This document shows positions 39,970-49,120 of a stretch of DNA of 64,000 bases, piece by piece. The notes under the pieces are model-generated. The model saw nothing but the letters and a program-made list of their open reading frames with translations, did not search any database and was not told where the DNA came from. Made by a program: the position numbers and the translations under genes. The stretch's first letter is position 1; the number at the start of each line of letters is the position of its first letter. The DNA is taken from the IMG/VR virus record IMGVR_UViG_3300024239_000013, positions 124,001-188,000 of that record. One strand, 5' to 3'.

Positions 39970-40653
39970 TTAAATGGTCAATATTATAGGAGGATTCACT
40001 GGCTCGTATTTAAAATTCAGATGGCTTGCATTTATGAAATTAACTATTCTTTCACCATCATTTCCATAGTTTATTCTACGTAATCCATATCCCTCGTGAA
40101 TGTGGCCAAAAACATGAACATTTAATCCATGAATATCATACAATTTATCTCTAAGATATTTGCATCCTACACTTTCCTGAGTTCTAATTGTTGAATCAAG
40201 AATACCATAAGGTGGTCCATGTGTAATTAGAACATTAGTATCCACTGGGATTAAATCCCAGTGATTTTGAATATCTTCATCTCTATTAAAAGCCCAATCA
40301 AAAAATCTCGGTGTAACTGGGCTTCCCCAAAATTTTATACCATCAATCTCAATACCACTATCGTTTAGGTACGTCACGCTTTTATATTTTTCTTTTAATA
40401 AAGATTCAACGATCTCAGGATTTTCCTCGAATATGAAATCATGGTTCCCTGGAATGAAAATTTTCTTTCTGAATCCAATACTATCGAACCAATTTAGAAA
40501 ATTCTCAACTTCGAAAAGTTCACCTCTATAAGAAATGTCCCCCGAATGAATTAATATGGCATCGGGATAATCTTCTAAAATTTGTTTCAGTTTTTCATTA
40601 AGGTACTTATTACCATGTTTAGTGTGGGTGTCTGATATAAATACTAATTCCAT
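39970..40653 (-). CDS. Calcineurin-like metallophosphoesterase
   Basis: SDTH, HSGD, GNHD, THGPP and GHIHE. Confidence 0.9.
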   Translation of the reverse strand: MELVFISDTHTKHGNKYLNEKLKQILEDYPDAILIHSGDISYRGELFEVENFLNWFDSIGFRKKIFIPGNHDFIFEENPEIVESLLKEKYKSVTYLNDSGIEIDGIKFWGSPVTPRFFDWAFNRDEDIQNHWDLIPVDTNVLITHGPPYGILDSTIRTQESVGCKYLRDKLYDIHGLNVHVFGHIHEGYGLRRINYGNDGERIVNFINASHLNFKYEPVNPPIILTI

Positions 40654-40654
40654 A

Positions 40655-41161
40655 TTATTGTGCTAGTCTTTCTTTTATTTTTTCTATAATTAGATCTTTG
40701 GAAGATATATTTTCCAATATACTTTGTGTTTTATTTTTTATTTTTCTTAGATCCAAATAAGCTTCTTCTAATTTTTTGTCCTCGTTAGCTTCCATTTCTT
40801 CATTAATTTTTAGAAGATCGTCATTATATCTTTTTTTTGCCATAGATATCATTTCATCATAAACGGATTTGTTAATGTCCTCATTAAAGAAAAGCTTATG
40901 GTTACTGATTTTTATTTTTCTATCTGTAACACGAACTAAGTATTTCCTATCTTTGGGAACTATGTAAAACGTAGATCTATCTGGAGATAAAGTAAAATAA
41001 ACTCTATTCTCTTTATTACTAACCAGAGTCCTAAATATTCCCAAAATTCTTTTCTGTCTTTCCGTTCTTTGCTCTTTATTCCATGGTTTACCTGTGACTA
41101 ATCTTAGACTTTTAAATAGGAAAATAGAAATCTTTTTTCGGAATCTTCTTAATATTCTCAT
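40655..41161 (-). CDS. Basic hypothetical protein
   Basis: Start moved to ATG 41161 because a TAATTTTG promoter at 41186-41193 overlaps the track's TTG start. Confidence 0.6.
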   Translation of the reverse strand: MRILRRFRKKISIFLFKSLRLVTGKPWNKEQRTERQKRILGIFRTLVSNKENRVYFTLSPDRSTFYIVPKDRKYLVRVTDRKIKISNHKLFFNEDINKSVYDEMISMAKKRYNDDLLKINEEMEANEDKKLEEAYLDLRKIKNKTQSILENISSKDLIIEKIKERLAQ

Positions 41162-41227
41162 CTTTAAGTTTATTATATTATTGAGCAAAATTAAATTAAA
41201 AACTCGGTTAAAAAAAAATTATTGCGG

Positions 41228-41262
41228 AAAAAAAAATCTTATTCTGATAGGAATAAGATTTT
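41228..41262 (-). terminator. Intrinsic terminator
   Basis: aaaatcttatt...aataagatttt with an A/T run. Confidence 0.6.
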
Positions 41263-41285
41263 AAAATAATATTTTTAAATTATTA

Positions 41286-41723
41286 TTAGCTCAATAACAA
41301 TTCATCAGGACCGTTTCCTTTCTTGGGGTTTTTCTTAGCAGTTTTTTTAACTGGTTTCTTAGATCCTTTTTTATTTGGATATTTTTTTGTAGCTTTTTTA
41401 ACTTCTCCAGCAGGGATAACATTTTCTTCAGGTTTCTCTAATTCTTCTTCCTTGAATTCTTTTATTACATCAGGTTCAGCTTCTTCTATTAACTCCGGAT
41501 CTGGAGCTTCTACAATACCTAGAGGCCTTGCTATACCAGATCCTGAAGTCGTTGCATAACCACTTCCACCGCTGTATACATAACTAGACCCTCCTCCGTT
41601 AAAAGGTTTTACCTGGGGGTTGTCTTTTTTCGAATTTTTCGTCGATACCTGGATATAGAAATAAAGCAATCCAATAAGGGTGACCATAATTAAACATGCA
41701 ATAATTGTTTCGGTAGTAATCAT
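41286..41723 (-). CDS. Membrane-anchored protein with acidic then Lys-rich tail
   Basis: N-terminal TM segment; G/S linker; KKxKK tail. Confidence 0.65.
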   Translation of the reverse strand: MITTETIIACLIMVTLIGLLYFYIQVSTKNSKKDNPQVKPFNGGGSSYVYSGGSGYATTSGSGIARPLGIVEAPDPELIEEAEPDVIKEFKEEELEKPEENVIPAGEVKKATKKYPNKKGSKKPVKKTAKKNPKKGNGPDELLLS

Positions 41724-41788
41724 AATTTATATTTTTTAAATTATATATCGCTAAAAAATAAAGTTTCGGTAAAATATCATATTATGTT

Positions 41789-42631
41789 CTAATCTGACTT
41801 GTTTAAAATGACATGTGTCCAAGCATCACCCCGACCTATTTTTCTGATACTTGTTATAGAGGTTTGAAAAATTTTAGCTATTTCGGTCACTTTAACATTT
41901 TCAAATAACATAGTTTTTATTTCAACGATTTGTGATTCAGTCAGTTTAACAGAAGATCCTCCTGAATCTGGAAATCTTCCACCTTCCCAACCTAAGCTTA
42001 CATACTTTTCATACTCGGAGGAGTTTATTTTTATACATTCTCCCGTTTCTAGATTTCTTATCCATTTCTTTCCGAACTGTGAGTTTTTATTCCCCTTACC
42101 ATGGGATTTTTTTGATTCCTTCATCTTTAAAATCGCTTCCGGTGTATGCTTTCGGTCTTTAAACATGTCCAGTCTATATGCACCCTTTTCATAGAGTTCT
42201 TTGGCTTTATTAACAGCCCTTTCTCTTCCTCCCCTTGTGCTCTCGATAAATCTATTTCTATAGTCATCGTCTTTTAATTTCTCGACTAATGCTTTATTTC
42301 CGGCCCGACAAAAATCTCTCAGATGAGTCTCGTTTATTATCCCACCGCCACCTCCCGGTTGTAAATTCATACACATCGGATCATTCAATAGATCCTCGTT
42401 AACTAATAAAATCTCTCTGTTTCTTAATGATTCTCTGTCGTCGAAATATTCCAAAATCTCCTTGGTGTGTGCTTCCTTACCATGCCTTCTTATCGAATTT
42501 CTTATTCTTTTTCCCCCACCCATATAACCATCATTTAGTTTATCTGTTGAGTGCATTCCAATATAATATCTTTTGGTTTTGGTGCAAGTTATTTTGTAGA
42601 TGTAGTGGTATTTATGTTCTTTTCTTGCCAT
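41789..42631 (-). CDS. Free-standing GIY-YIG homing endonuclease (Seg-like)
   Basis: YIYKIT...YYIGMH, Y.GGG, NUMOD3-like KHTPE...KNSQFG and C-terminal HTH; GGATATATA upstream. Confidence 0.88.
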   Translation of the reverse strand: MARKEHKYHYIYKITCTKTKRYYIGMHSTDKLNDGYMGGGKRIRNSIRRHGKEAHTKEILEYFDDRESLRNREILLVNEDLLNDPMCMNLQPGGGGGIINETHLRDFCRAGNKALVEKLKDDDYRNRFIESTRGGRERAVNKAKELYEKGAYRLDMFKDRKHTPEAILKMKESKKSHGKGNKNSQFGKKWIRNLETGECIKINSSEYEKYVSLGWEGGRFPDSGGSSVKLTESQIVEIKTMLFENVKVTEIAKIFQTSITSIRKIGRGDAWTHVILNKSD

Positions 42632-42685
42632 TTCTATACTTTAGTTTAGATTATATATCCAAACTAAAGTACGAAATCGCGTCAG

Positions 42686-43158
42686 TGGAGACGGAGGGAA
42701 TCGAACCCTCGTCTTGATCAAATGTCCAATGGAATCATTCACAGGCTTAGATAATTTTTCTAAATTAACAAAATATGAAGTTTGATGTACGTGGGAAACA
42801 AAACTTCCAAAAAACCTGGTCGGCAACTAGTTATTTTATACAGGTCTGCCCCTGCCACCCGCACTCTTTCGCCCCCTGTATAGATCGACTACGATCAGAT
42901 GCTCAAGGTCAGCCTTGACTATTAAGGGAGCCATCTGGATTTTATTTTTCGTTTTTCTGTTTCTAGGTAAACGAATAACCACATGCTTAAGCAGCTACTG
43001 TGTAACTTACTTTAGAACTAGGAGTACCAAACGAGTTGATTACATCCCAAACATTTTTTTCGCCATTTAAAGCTTGTATAGGTTATTATAGAGTTTCCGA
43101 TACTAACTCTGCCTGCATCTCAAAGAACTGAATCTGTCAATCGAAACCGATCGTCCCC
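42686..43158 (-). ncRNA. ssrA: tmRNA, about 473 nt; tag GEKNVWDVINSFGTPSSKVSYTVAA at 42987-43064
   Basis: 5' GGGGACG pairs with 3' CGTCTCC-A including G3:U70; T-arm GAGGGTTCGATTCCCTC; tag ends AA-stop; CCA is not encoded. Confidence 0.93.
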
Positions 43159-43205
43159 TTTAAATATTAAACTATCAAATATGGATTTTGTTTCAATCCT
43201 TATCC

Positions 43206-44132
43206 TTATTTATCTGAATAAAGGTTGAAATTTTTAGATACTGAATTTACTATATCGTCTCTTAATATTAGTCTAGAAGACATTAACGATCCAAAGAATT
43301 CGTCCTCTGTCTCTTTATTTCTTGACATTTCATTCTTAAATCCCCAAACGTGTAAAAATCCTTTCTCAGCTATTTCTTCTAAATTGGATTCTATAAAAGG
43401 AGATATCCCATTTTTAGCCCCAGTCGGTATATATTTTCCCTCAATTAAAAATTTAGCTTTTAGTTCTTTACTCTTAGCATATTCGTACAAAAATCTTTGC
43501 TCAGCTAAAAGTATATAGGCAACACCTTCGAATGACGGATTTATATCATTTATATTTCTGATGTATTCTAAAGCTGAAGCTGAATATTCCTTAGCATCGT
43601 TTATGTCTCTAAAGTAAACTATAGATGTGTTATACGCAAGATCTCCCCAATTAATATGATATTTATTAGAAAGGTATTTTTTAGTGTCCAAATATTCAGG
43701 ATTAGGATAGAACCAAAGGTCTCCTTCAGAAACTTCTTCTTTATGAGCGCAGAAAACATCACAGTCACTCAAATCTAATTTAAATCTAATTTCAGCATCT
43801 AAATCAATCATAATGAAATTTTCTTGACAGTGCTGCATAGCAAAGAATTTTCCAGCAGCCCAAAATATAGATGGATTAAATTCATTAAAAGATATTTCGT
43901 TTGGTAATATTGGGTAAACTTCATCAAAATGTTTCAGTAGATCTATAGATTCATAGTAGTCATATGTGTCTTTATCACAATATAAAACTGGAGATAGTTT
44001 ATTTATTTCTCTTGAAAAAAATGTTGTTCTTATTGTCATTGCAATTTCCCATGGTCTTTTTGATGGTCTATTTCTGCCCTGGAACTTTCTTGGTAAATGC
44101 CAATCAACATAAAGAGCTTTAGATGGATTCAT
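43206..44132 (-). CDS. Nucleotide-diphospho-sugar transferase-like protein
   Basis: FWAAGK, FIMIDLD (DxD), N.SI, AEQ and HVWG. Confidence 0.6.
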   Translation of the reverse strand: MNPSKALYVDWHLPRKFQGRNRPSKRPWEIAMTIRTTFFSREINKLSPVLYCDKDTYDYYESIDLLKHFDEVYPILPNEISFNEFNPSIFWAAGKFFAMQHCQENFIMIDLDAEIRFKLDLSDCDVFCAHKEEVSEGDLWFYPNPEYLDTKKYLSNKYHINWGDLAYNTSIVYFRDINDAKEYSASALEYIRNINDINPSFEGVAYILLAEQRFLYEYAKSKELKAKFLIEGKYIPTGAKNGISPFIESNLEEIAEKGFLHVWGFKNEMSRNKETEDEFFGSLMSSRLILRDDIVNSVSKNFNLYSDK

Positions 44133-44213
44133 TCTTATTATTTTTTAGATAATTTCTACATATTTATAGTACATTTTTTTAAAAAAAATTCATCATTACA
44201 TATAAAAATTAAT

Positions 44214-44249
44214 AAAAAAACCCTCTACTAAAATATAGTAGAGGGTTTT
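44214..44249 (-). terminator. Intrinsic terminator
   Basis: aaaaccctctacta/tagtagagggtttt followed by a T run on the minus strand. Confidence 0.85.
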
Positions 44250-44256
44250 ATTTTAC

Positions 44257-44404
44257 AGGATTGTTTTTGTGTGATATGTATAATATTTCTTAATTTGCTG
44301 TAACAATCCTTTAATTTACGGAATCCTTTTTTTATATTTGATCAATTTAAGAAATTGAACCTATGTCAGTATTAATTACTAATTTATTTTGCGGTAAAGA
44401 TTCC
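44257..44404 (-). ncRNA. Candidate tandem small structured RNAs (units 44320-44404 and 44257-44310)
   Basis: Each unit has a terminal stem (GGAATCTT/AGGATTCC; AGGATTGTT/AACAATCCT), the shared motif TTAC(C/A)GCAAA and a 3' GTAAA. The pair is bounded by TATATA and a terminator. Confidence 0.6.
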
Positions 44405-44427
44405 TTTATTTATATATTATATGTTTT

Positions 44428-44688
44428 TTATTCAGAAATGTTTCGATAATATTCGACATATTTATTTCTTATTTCTAAAGCTTTTCTAAAATAGCTAAAG
44501 TTTACTTTAGATGTAGAGAATATAGCATTGTGAAAATACTCTATTTCTTTATCTGTTGCTTTATTGCAGATAGTATCATATTCATTCAAAGTTACGTTAT
44601 AATAATGCAATATAGCATTATCTATAGCAGCATCTATATAGTCTTCCTTTCTTAGTGATTCTTTAACCTCAGGCCTTAATTTCTTCAT
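44428..44688 (-). CDS. Hypothetical protein
   Basis: 86 aa ORF overlapping the end of the upstream gene. Confidence 0.6.
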   Translation of the reverse strand: MKKLRPEVKESLRKEDYIDAAIDNAILHYYNVTLNEYDTICNKATDKEIEYFHNAIFSTSKVNFSYFRKALEIRNKYVEYYRNISE

Positions 44689-46090
44689 ATCTTGGAGAGT
44701 TTATTATTTCATACATAATACTCAAAGGTGTTATTTCTTTACCTCCTAATACAGATTTCATAATAGATGGGGAAAAACCAGATATTAAAGCGGTTCCAAG
44801 TTCATTAAATCTAACAGGAACGTTTCCTTCCCTACTTCTAACATTCCAAAATATGATGGAAGGAAGCTTATATCCGCTTTCCTCGTATTTAGACCTAATC
44901 ATCTCCATAGCAGAAAGACTTTTACCTTTAGATATTGCAATGTCAAATTCCATATCCGAAACGATAAGAATTTTAGAAGGCATAGCTTCATCAGGAACTT
45001 CATTTTTATTAGCTTGATCTAATATAACTGTAAAAACTTTCTCTAAGTTAGTATTCATACCCCACTCAGAATAGATCATCTGTTCATACCTTTCTTTTAA
45101 AGAACCTGAAACTTTTTCCAATTTAGGACTTTCAGAAAAAGTGATAAAACAATCTTTGAATGGTCCATTATTTCTTTCAGAGATATAAAGACCTAAAGAA
45201 ACCGCAACGTCCATGCACGTTAAATTACCACTTCCATTAATCTTAGCTTCCATTGAACCCGAAACATCTACTAAAGGAAGTATCATATCATTAGATCCCT
45301 CTAAATAATTAGGAAGTGATTTCCATTGTTCATTAGCTACCTCGAATACACCTTTACTTAATGATTTTATAACATCATATGGGTACACTGCACCAGCATT
45401 AATCTTAACAGTTCTTTCCTCTGGTGATTTTGTTAACTCAGCAATATATTCATCATACCTTTCACTATCATTTTTCTTAAAAGAAGCTTGATATCTAGCA
45501 GCTGCGACTGAAGGTATCTTAGAATATTCTATTTCGTTGAATTTTTTAGAACACATTTTTTGTTCAACAACTTCGGTATTTTCTACTAGAAGTTTTCTAT
45601 ATTCTTTTGGAGTTAATTTTAAATGTTTTCTTAATGAATTTGCAACCTTTCCTTTTCTTGGCATCCATTTAGCACAAAGTTTATTTCCCGAATAAAGAGC
45701 ATCTTTAATTAAGTCGAATGCCTTAACTTCAACTTTTGTTCCTTCGAAATTAAGTAAATCGTCCCATCTACCATATTCAGGAATGAATTTTAGATTCTTA
45801 GATATTGTAACCGGATGATTATCTGCAAGATAAGAAGTGCATAATCTAAAAACTCTTCTTTCTCCAGCACCTTCTCTTATATCTCTAGCCCAGAACAATA
45901 TCTTAAGTGCCTCTTCCGGAGATTCATTGAATGCTAAAGAGAATTCTCTAACTACTGAACTCTCGTCACTAGATCTCATAGAACCGATAGAGAAGAAAAG
46001 ATCTACTACTCTCTTAAGCGATGATGAGTTTGTCACCATACCATTTAAAGTTAAAGAGTTTTTTTGCTGTAAAGAAGAAATTAAATCCAT
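44669..46090 (-). CDS. DUF2828-type TROVE/Ro60-like protein with C-terminal vWA domain
   Basis: RDIREGAGER, YGRWDDL, AKWMPR; MIDAS DVSGSM, TN, SDMEFD and FWN. Confidence 0.8.
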   Translation of the reverse strand: MDLISSLQQKNSLTLNGMVTNSSSLKRVVDLFFSIGSMRSSDESSVVREFSLAFNESPEEALKILFWARDIREGAGERRVFRLCTSYLADNHPVTISKNLKFIPEYGRWDDLLNFEGTKVEVKAFDLIKDALYSGNKLCAKWMPRKGKVANSLRKHLKLTPKEYRKLLVENTEVVEQKMCSKKFNEIEYSKIPSVAAARYQASFKKNDSERYDEYIAELTKSPEERTVKINAGAVYPYDVIKSLSKGVFEVANEQWKSLPNYLEGSNDMILPLVDVSGSMEAKINGSGNLTCMDVAVSLGLYISERNNGPFKDCFITFSESPKLEKVSGSLKERYEQMIYSEWGMNTNLEKVFTVILDQANKNEVPDEAMPSKILIVSDMEFDIAISKGKSLSAMEMIRSKYEESGYKLPSIIFWNVRSREGNVPVRFNELGTALISGFSPSIMKSVLGGKEITPLSIMYEIINSPRYEEIKA

Positions 46091-46159
46091 AAAATAATTA
46101 GAAATTTAATATTTATAGAAAAAATTGAAAAAAAGTTCCAAAAAAAATATTAAAAAAAA

Positions 46160-46474
46160 CTAATACTGGAATCTTTGGACTTGGTCTATACCATTTTGGA
46201 CTATTTCTGGTCCAGGTGCCATTATAACTGAAAGTCCATCAGAAAGCTCATATAGATCTTTTAAATATTCCTCTATTGAACTAATTTTATTCTTATCGAT
46301 ATTAAGTTTAATCAAAATATCATTCACAATATTTTTCAATTCAGTATTGAAGTTTTCGGTATCGTGAAAATTAAAATACTTTTCATATTTTTTAACTAAA
46401 TCAATAATCTCTGATTTTTCAACATCAGTTAAATTATCTGCGGAATATGATTCAAATTCTAATATTTTTTTCAT
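46160..46474 (-). CDS. Hypothetical late protein
   Basis: MKKILEFESY N-terminus. Confidence 0.6.
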   Translation of the reverse strand: MKKILEFESYSADNLTDVEKSEIIDLVKKYEKYFNFHDTENFNTELKNIVNDILIKLNIDKNKISSIEEYLKDLYELSDGLSVIMAPGPEIVQNGIDQVQRFQY

Positions 46475-46513
46475 AAGATATATATTTCAATAACTTTTAA
46501 ATTTTTTTAATGT

Positions 46514-46858
46514 ATGAAAAACATTTACGAGAATGATGAATTAGGACATTCTGAAAATCAATTAATTGACGACGGTGCTAGAGAAGAAGGTTCTGCATCT
46601 TGGGACGGAGAAGAAGAATCTATAGAGGATTTTAGCTCCGAAGAAGGTATTGATAATAATCAATTAGAAGAAACCCCAGATTCCGATAATCTTCCAGATC
46701 AAGAAGAAGAAAATGCTGATGTTTCCTTTGTAGAAGATGAGGATGTGGATGAGGATGATTACGAGGACTCAGACGAAGAAGAAAGTAAAAATACCCTACC
46801 GGATAATTCCAGAAGGGTACTTAGCTATTCAGATTATATTTCTTCTCTTAATCAGTAG
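46514..46858 (+). CDS. Highly acidic late protein
   Basis: D/E-rich; C-terminal RVLSYSDY; GATATATA upstream. Confidence 0.65.
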   Translation: MKNIYENDELGHSENQLIDDGAREEGSASWDGEEESIEDFSSEEGIDNNQLEETPDSDNLPDQEEENADVSFVEDEDVDEDDYEDSDEEESKNTLPDNSRRVLSYSDYISSLNQ

Positions 46859-47120
46859 TAGTTTTACCTAGATTTTTTCTAATCAATTTTCTTACATAGT
46901 GAGAAACAGAAACTGGTGCTTCACCTTTAGCAAGAGCCTCTTTAGAGATTTTTCTACCTAAGTCGGTTAAATCTTCCTTAGATAGAAGCACCTGTATTTT
47001 TTCAGTTTTTTCAGATTGTTCAGACTCTGATATAGGATTCTCTTGATCTTCAAAAGAATCAGATCCTATAACTTGGTTGAATGTTTTTAAGTTGTCCATA
47101 TTTTTTATATTATTTTTCAA
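46848..47120 (-). CDS. Ribbon-helix-helix-like protein
   Basis: KIQVLLS...SVSHYVRKLI. Confidence 0.5.
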   Translation of the reverse strand: MKNNIKNMDNLKTFNQVIGSDSFEDQENPISESEQSEKTEKIQVLLSKEDLTDLGRKISKEALAKGEAPVSVSHYVRKLIRKNLGKTTTD

Positions 47121-48567
47121 ATTCTATTCCTGCATGAGGTTCACCTTTAGCTTTAGCTACCTGGTATTTATTTGTTGGCTCCTCACTTATAACAAAAGCT
47201 TTATGTGGATTAACTATTAAACCTGCTTTTCTCATAAAAGCTCTGTTTGCTAAGAATGGTGTACTTTTATCTGTTCTGTCATTCGGAGAAACCCTAACTT
47301 TGGGTATGGTTACACCATCTATAGTAACATTCAATTCTATCATTGGCCTTGTGTGAATGTGTTTACCTACTTCTGCATCAGAATAACCAACTATATCATT
47401 TACAAATTTTTTATCCCCAACCCTCCATATCAGTTTATTTCCTTTTTCTTCTACCTCGTCTGCATGAATAGTGCAAGATTTTGCACCATTACCAGTATCA
47501 AATTTAGCTACCATCTTACCAATTCCAGGAAGACTTATACTTTCTAGGTATCCTATTTCTAGAGATGAATAAGCCCAATTTTCTTTGTCTAAGATATAAT
47601 CTAATACATCATCAACTATCGGTTTACCTATTGCTTTAGATATACCTTCAGTTCCTGGAGAAGAGTTGACTTCTAGAATATATGGTTTTTTGGTTTTTTC
47701 GTCAATCATTATATCAACCCCACACCAGTGACATCCAACTGCGTTAGCTGCTTTACAAGCTATATCAACTAGTTCTTCTGGAATTTCAAAATTAGAAACC
47801 TTTCCACCTAAAGAATAGTTTGTTCTGAAGTCTTTTTCCACCGCTTCTCTTTTCATAGAACCTAGTATTATGCAATTGTCATCAGATTGTTTAAGCGGGT
47901 CAAATTTCTTAACTATAACTTGTATTCTAAGATCAGATTTTGAATTGATTTTTTCTTGTATTAATATCTCGTTAGTTTCGTCCAGTTTTCTGATTGTTTG
48001 ATAAACTGATTTTAGAGATGCGTAAGAATCAACTATAGAAACTCCAATTCCTTGTGTTCCTGAAAGAAGTTTCATAATGATAGGGAATTTTCCTCCTACT
48101 GCTTCTAGTGCCTTATCTAGATAATCCTCATTAGGGACTAATGAATATTTAGGAACAGGTAGACCATTTTCTTCCATTATCTGAGAAGTTATAAATTTAT
48201 TTTCACAAACTTCCATGGATTCTAACGTATTTACAGTGAAGTATCTAGCTTCTTCTAGAGAAAGCAAGATCTGTTTAGTGTGAGAATTTTCTAAAACTCC
48301 TCTTCTTGGAACTATTACTGTTGAATTAGGTTCTATTAGAATCTGCTCTTCTTCAGTTTTTATGAGGTGTCCATTATAAACCTTTTCTAATGTTGCATCA
48401 TTAACATCTACAATGTGACATTCTACTCCTCTTTTTTTACACTCTTCCATAAAAGAGGCAGACGTTTTACTCCCCTTAACATTTCCTGTTAATACTATAA
48501 CCTTGGTAGTTTCAGATTTAGCTTCGTTTAAAAAGGAGAAAAAATTAAGTATCTTCTTATTTGACAT
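47110..48567 (-). CDS. RimK-like ATP-grasp ligase fused to a retropepsin-like (RimK-associated) protease domain
   Basis: G.QG.GV, FRTN.SLGG, GVD, LEVNSSPG; AKFDTG. Confidence 0.88.
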   Translation of the reverse strand: MSNKKILNFFSFLNEAKSETTKVIVLTGNVKGSKTSASFMEECKKRGVECHIVDVNDATLEKVYNGHLIKTEEEQILIEPNSTVIVPRRGVLENSHTKQILLSLEEARYFTVNTLESMEVCENKFITSQIMEENGLPVPKYSLVPNEDYLDKALEAVGGKFPIIMKLLSGTQGIGVSIVDSYASLKSVYQTIRKLDETNEILIQEKINSKSDLRIQVIVKKFDPLKQSDDNCIILGSMKREAVEKDFRTNYSLGGKVSNFEIPEELVDIACKAANAVGCHWCGVDIMIDEKTKKPYILEVNSSPGTEGISKAIGKPIVDDVLDYILDKENWAYSSLEIGYLESISLPGIGKMVAKFDTGNGAKSCTIHADEVEEKGNKLIWRVGDKKFVNDIVGYSDAEVGKHIHTRPMIELNVTIDGVTIPKVRVSPNDRTDKSTPFLANRAFMRKAGLIVNPHKAFVISEEPTNKYQVAKAKGEPHAGIEFEK

Positions 48568-48633
48568 CAAATTTCTTATTATTTTATCAGTGTATATATC
48601 AATATCGCTTTAAGTGTTTGTGTGAAATTAATA

Positions 48634-48942
48634 TTAAATATACCCAATAATAGAACCACCAGATAGTATTCTTTTAAGAATTAAAGCATTCTTTATTGAC
48701 ACCAAATCGTATACAATAGCATCTTCTTCCTCTAATATAAAGAAATCTATTAGATCGTCTAATTTCATCGACTTAATGTCATACGGTAAATCTGATTTTA
48801 TATAACTGCATCGATCATTCAGGATGTAATCTGCTTCCTCTATCATTAATAGAGAATATTCCCTATATTCATCAAAAGAGTTTAAAGCAAAATTTATAAT
48901 AGGGCTAATAGTCACTGGATTATTTTCTATTAATAACTTCAT
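48634..48942 (-). CDS. Hypothetical protein
   Basis: 102 aa ORF. Confidence 0.55.
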   Translation of the reverse strand: MKLLIENNPVTISPIINFALNSFDEYREYSLLMIEEADYILNDRCSYIKSDLPYDIKSMKLDDLIDFFILEEEDAIVYDLVSIKNALILKRILSGGSIIGYI

Positions 48943-49120
48943 TTTTTATTTCTCTTATTTTTAAGTATAATGATGTTATGTATTCCACAGATTCATAGGA
49001 ACCTGATAGTGAATCTGACTTACCTATCACATCATTTAAAAATTCTTCGTCACTTTTGTATTTTTTTCTTCTCTCTAGAAGAACTTTCAATTCCGGTAAA
49101 TATCTATTATTAAATCCCAT
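48920..49120 (-). CDS. Hypothetical protein
   Basis: MGFNNRY; translationally coupled to the polymerase gene. Confidence 0.6.
   Translation of the reverse strand: MGFNNRYLPELKVLLERRKKYKSDEEFLNDVIGKSDSLSGSYESVEYITSLYLKIREIKNEVINRK

Noticed and set aside
42427-42826. Short ORFs 42427..42717 and 42641..42826; T-arm read as a tRNA gene
   Set aside because: They overlap the tmRNA and the endonuclease. The T-arm has no anticodon arm and pairs with a 5' end about 470 nt away, so it is a tmRNA.
44257-44404. CRISPR mini-array
   Set aside because: Only two units, non-identical repeats that pair across the variable part, and no cas genes. No CRISPR array was seen in the window.
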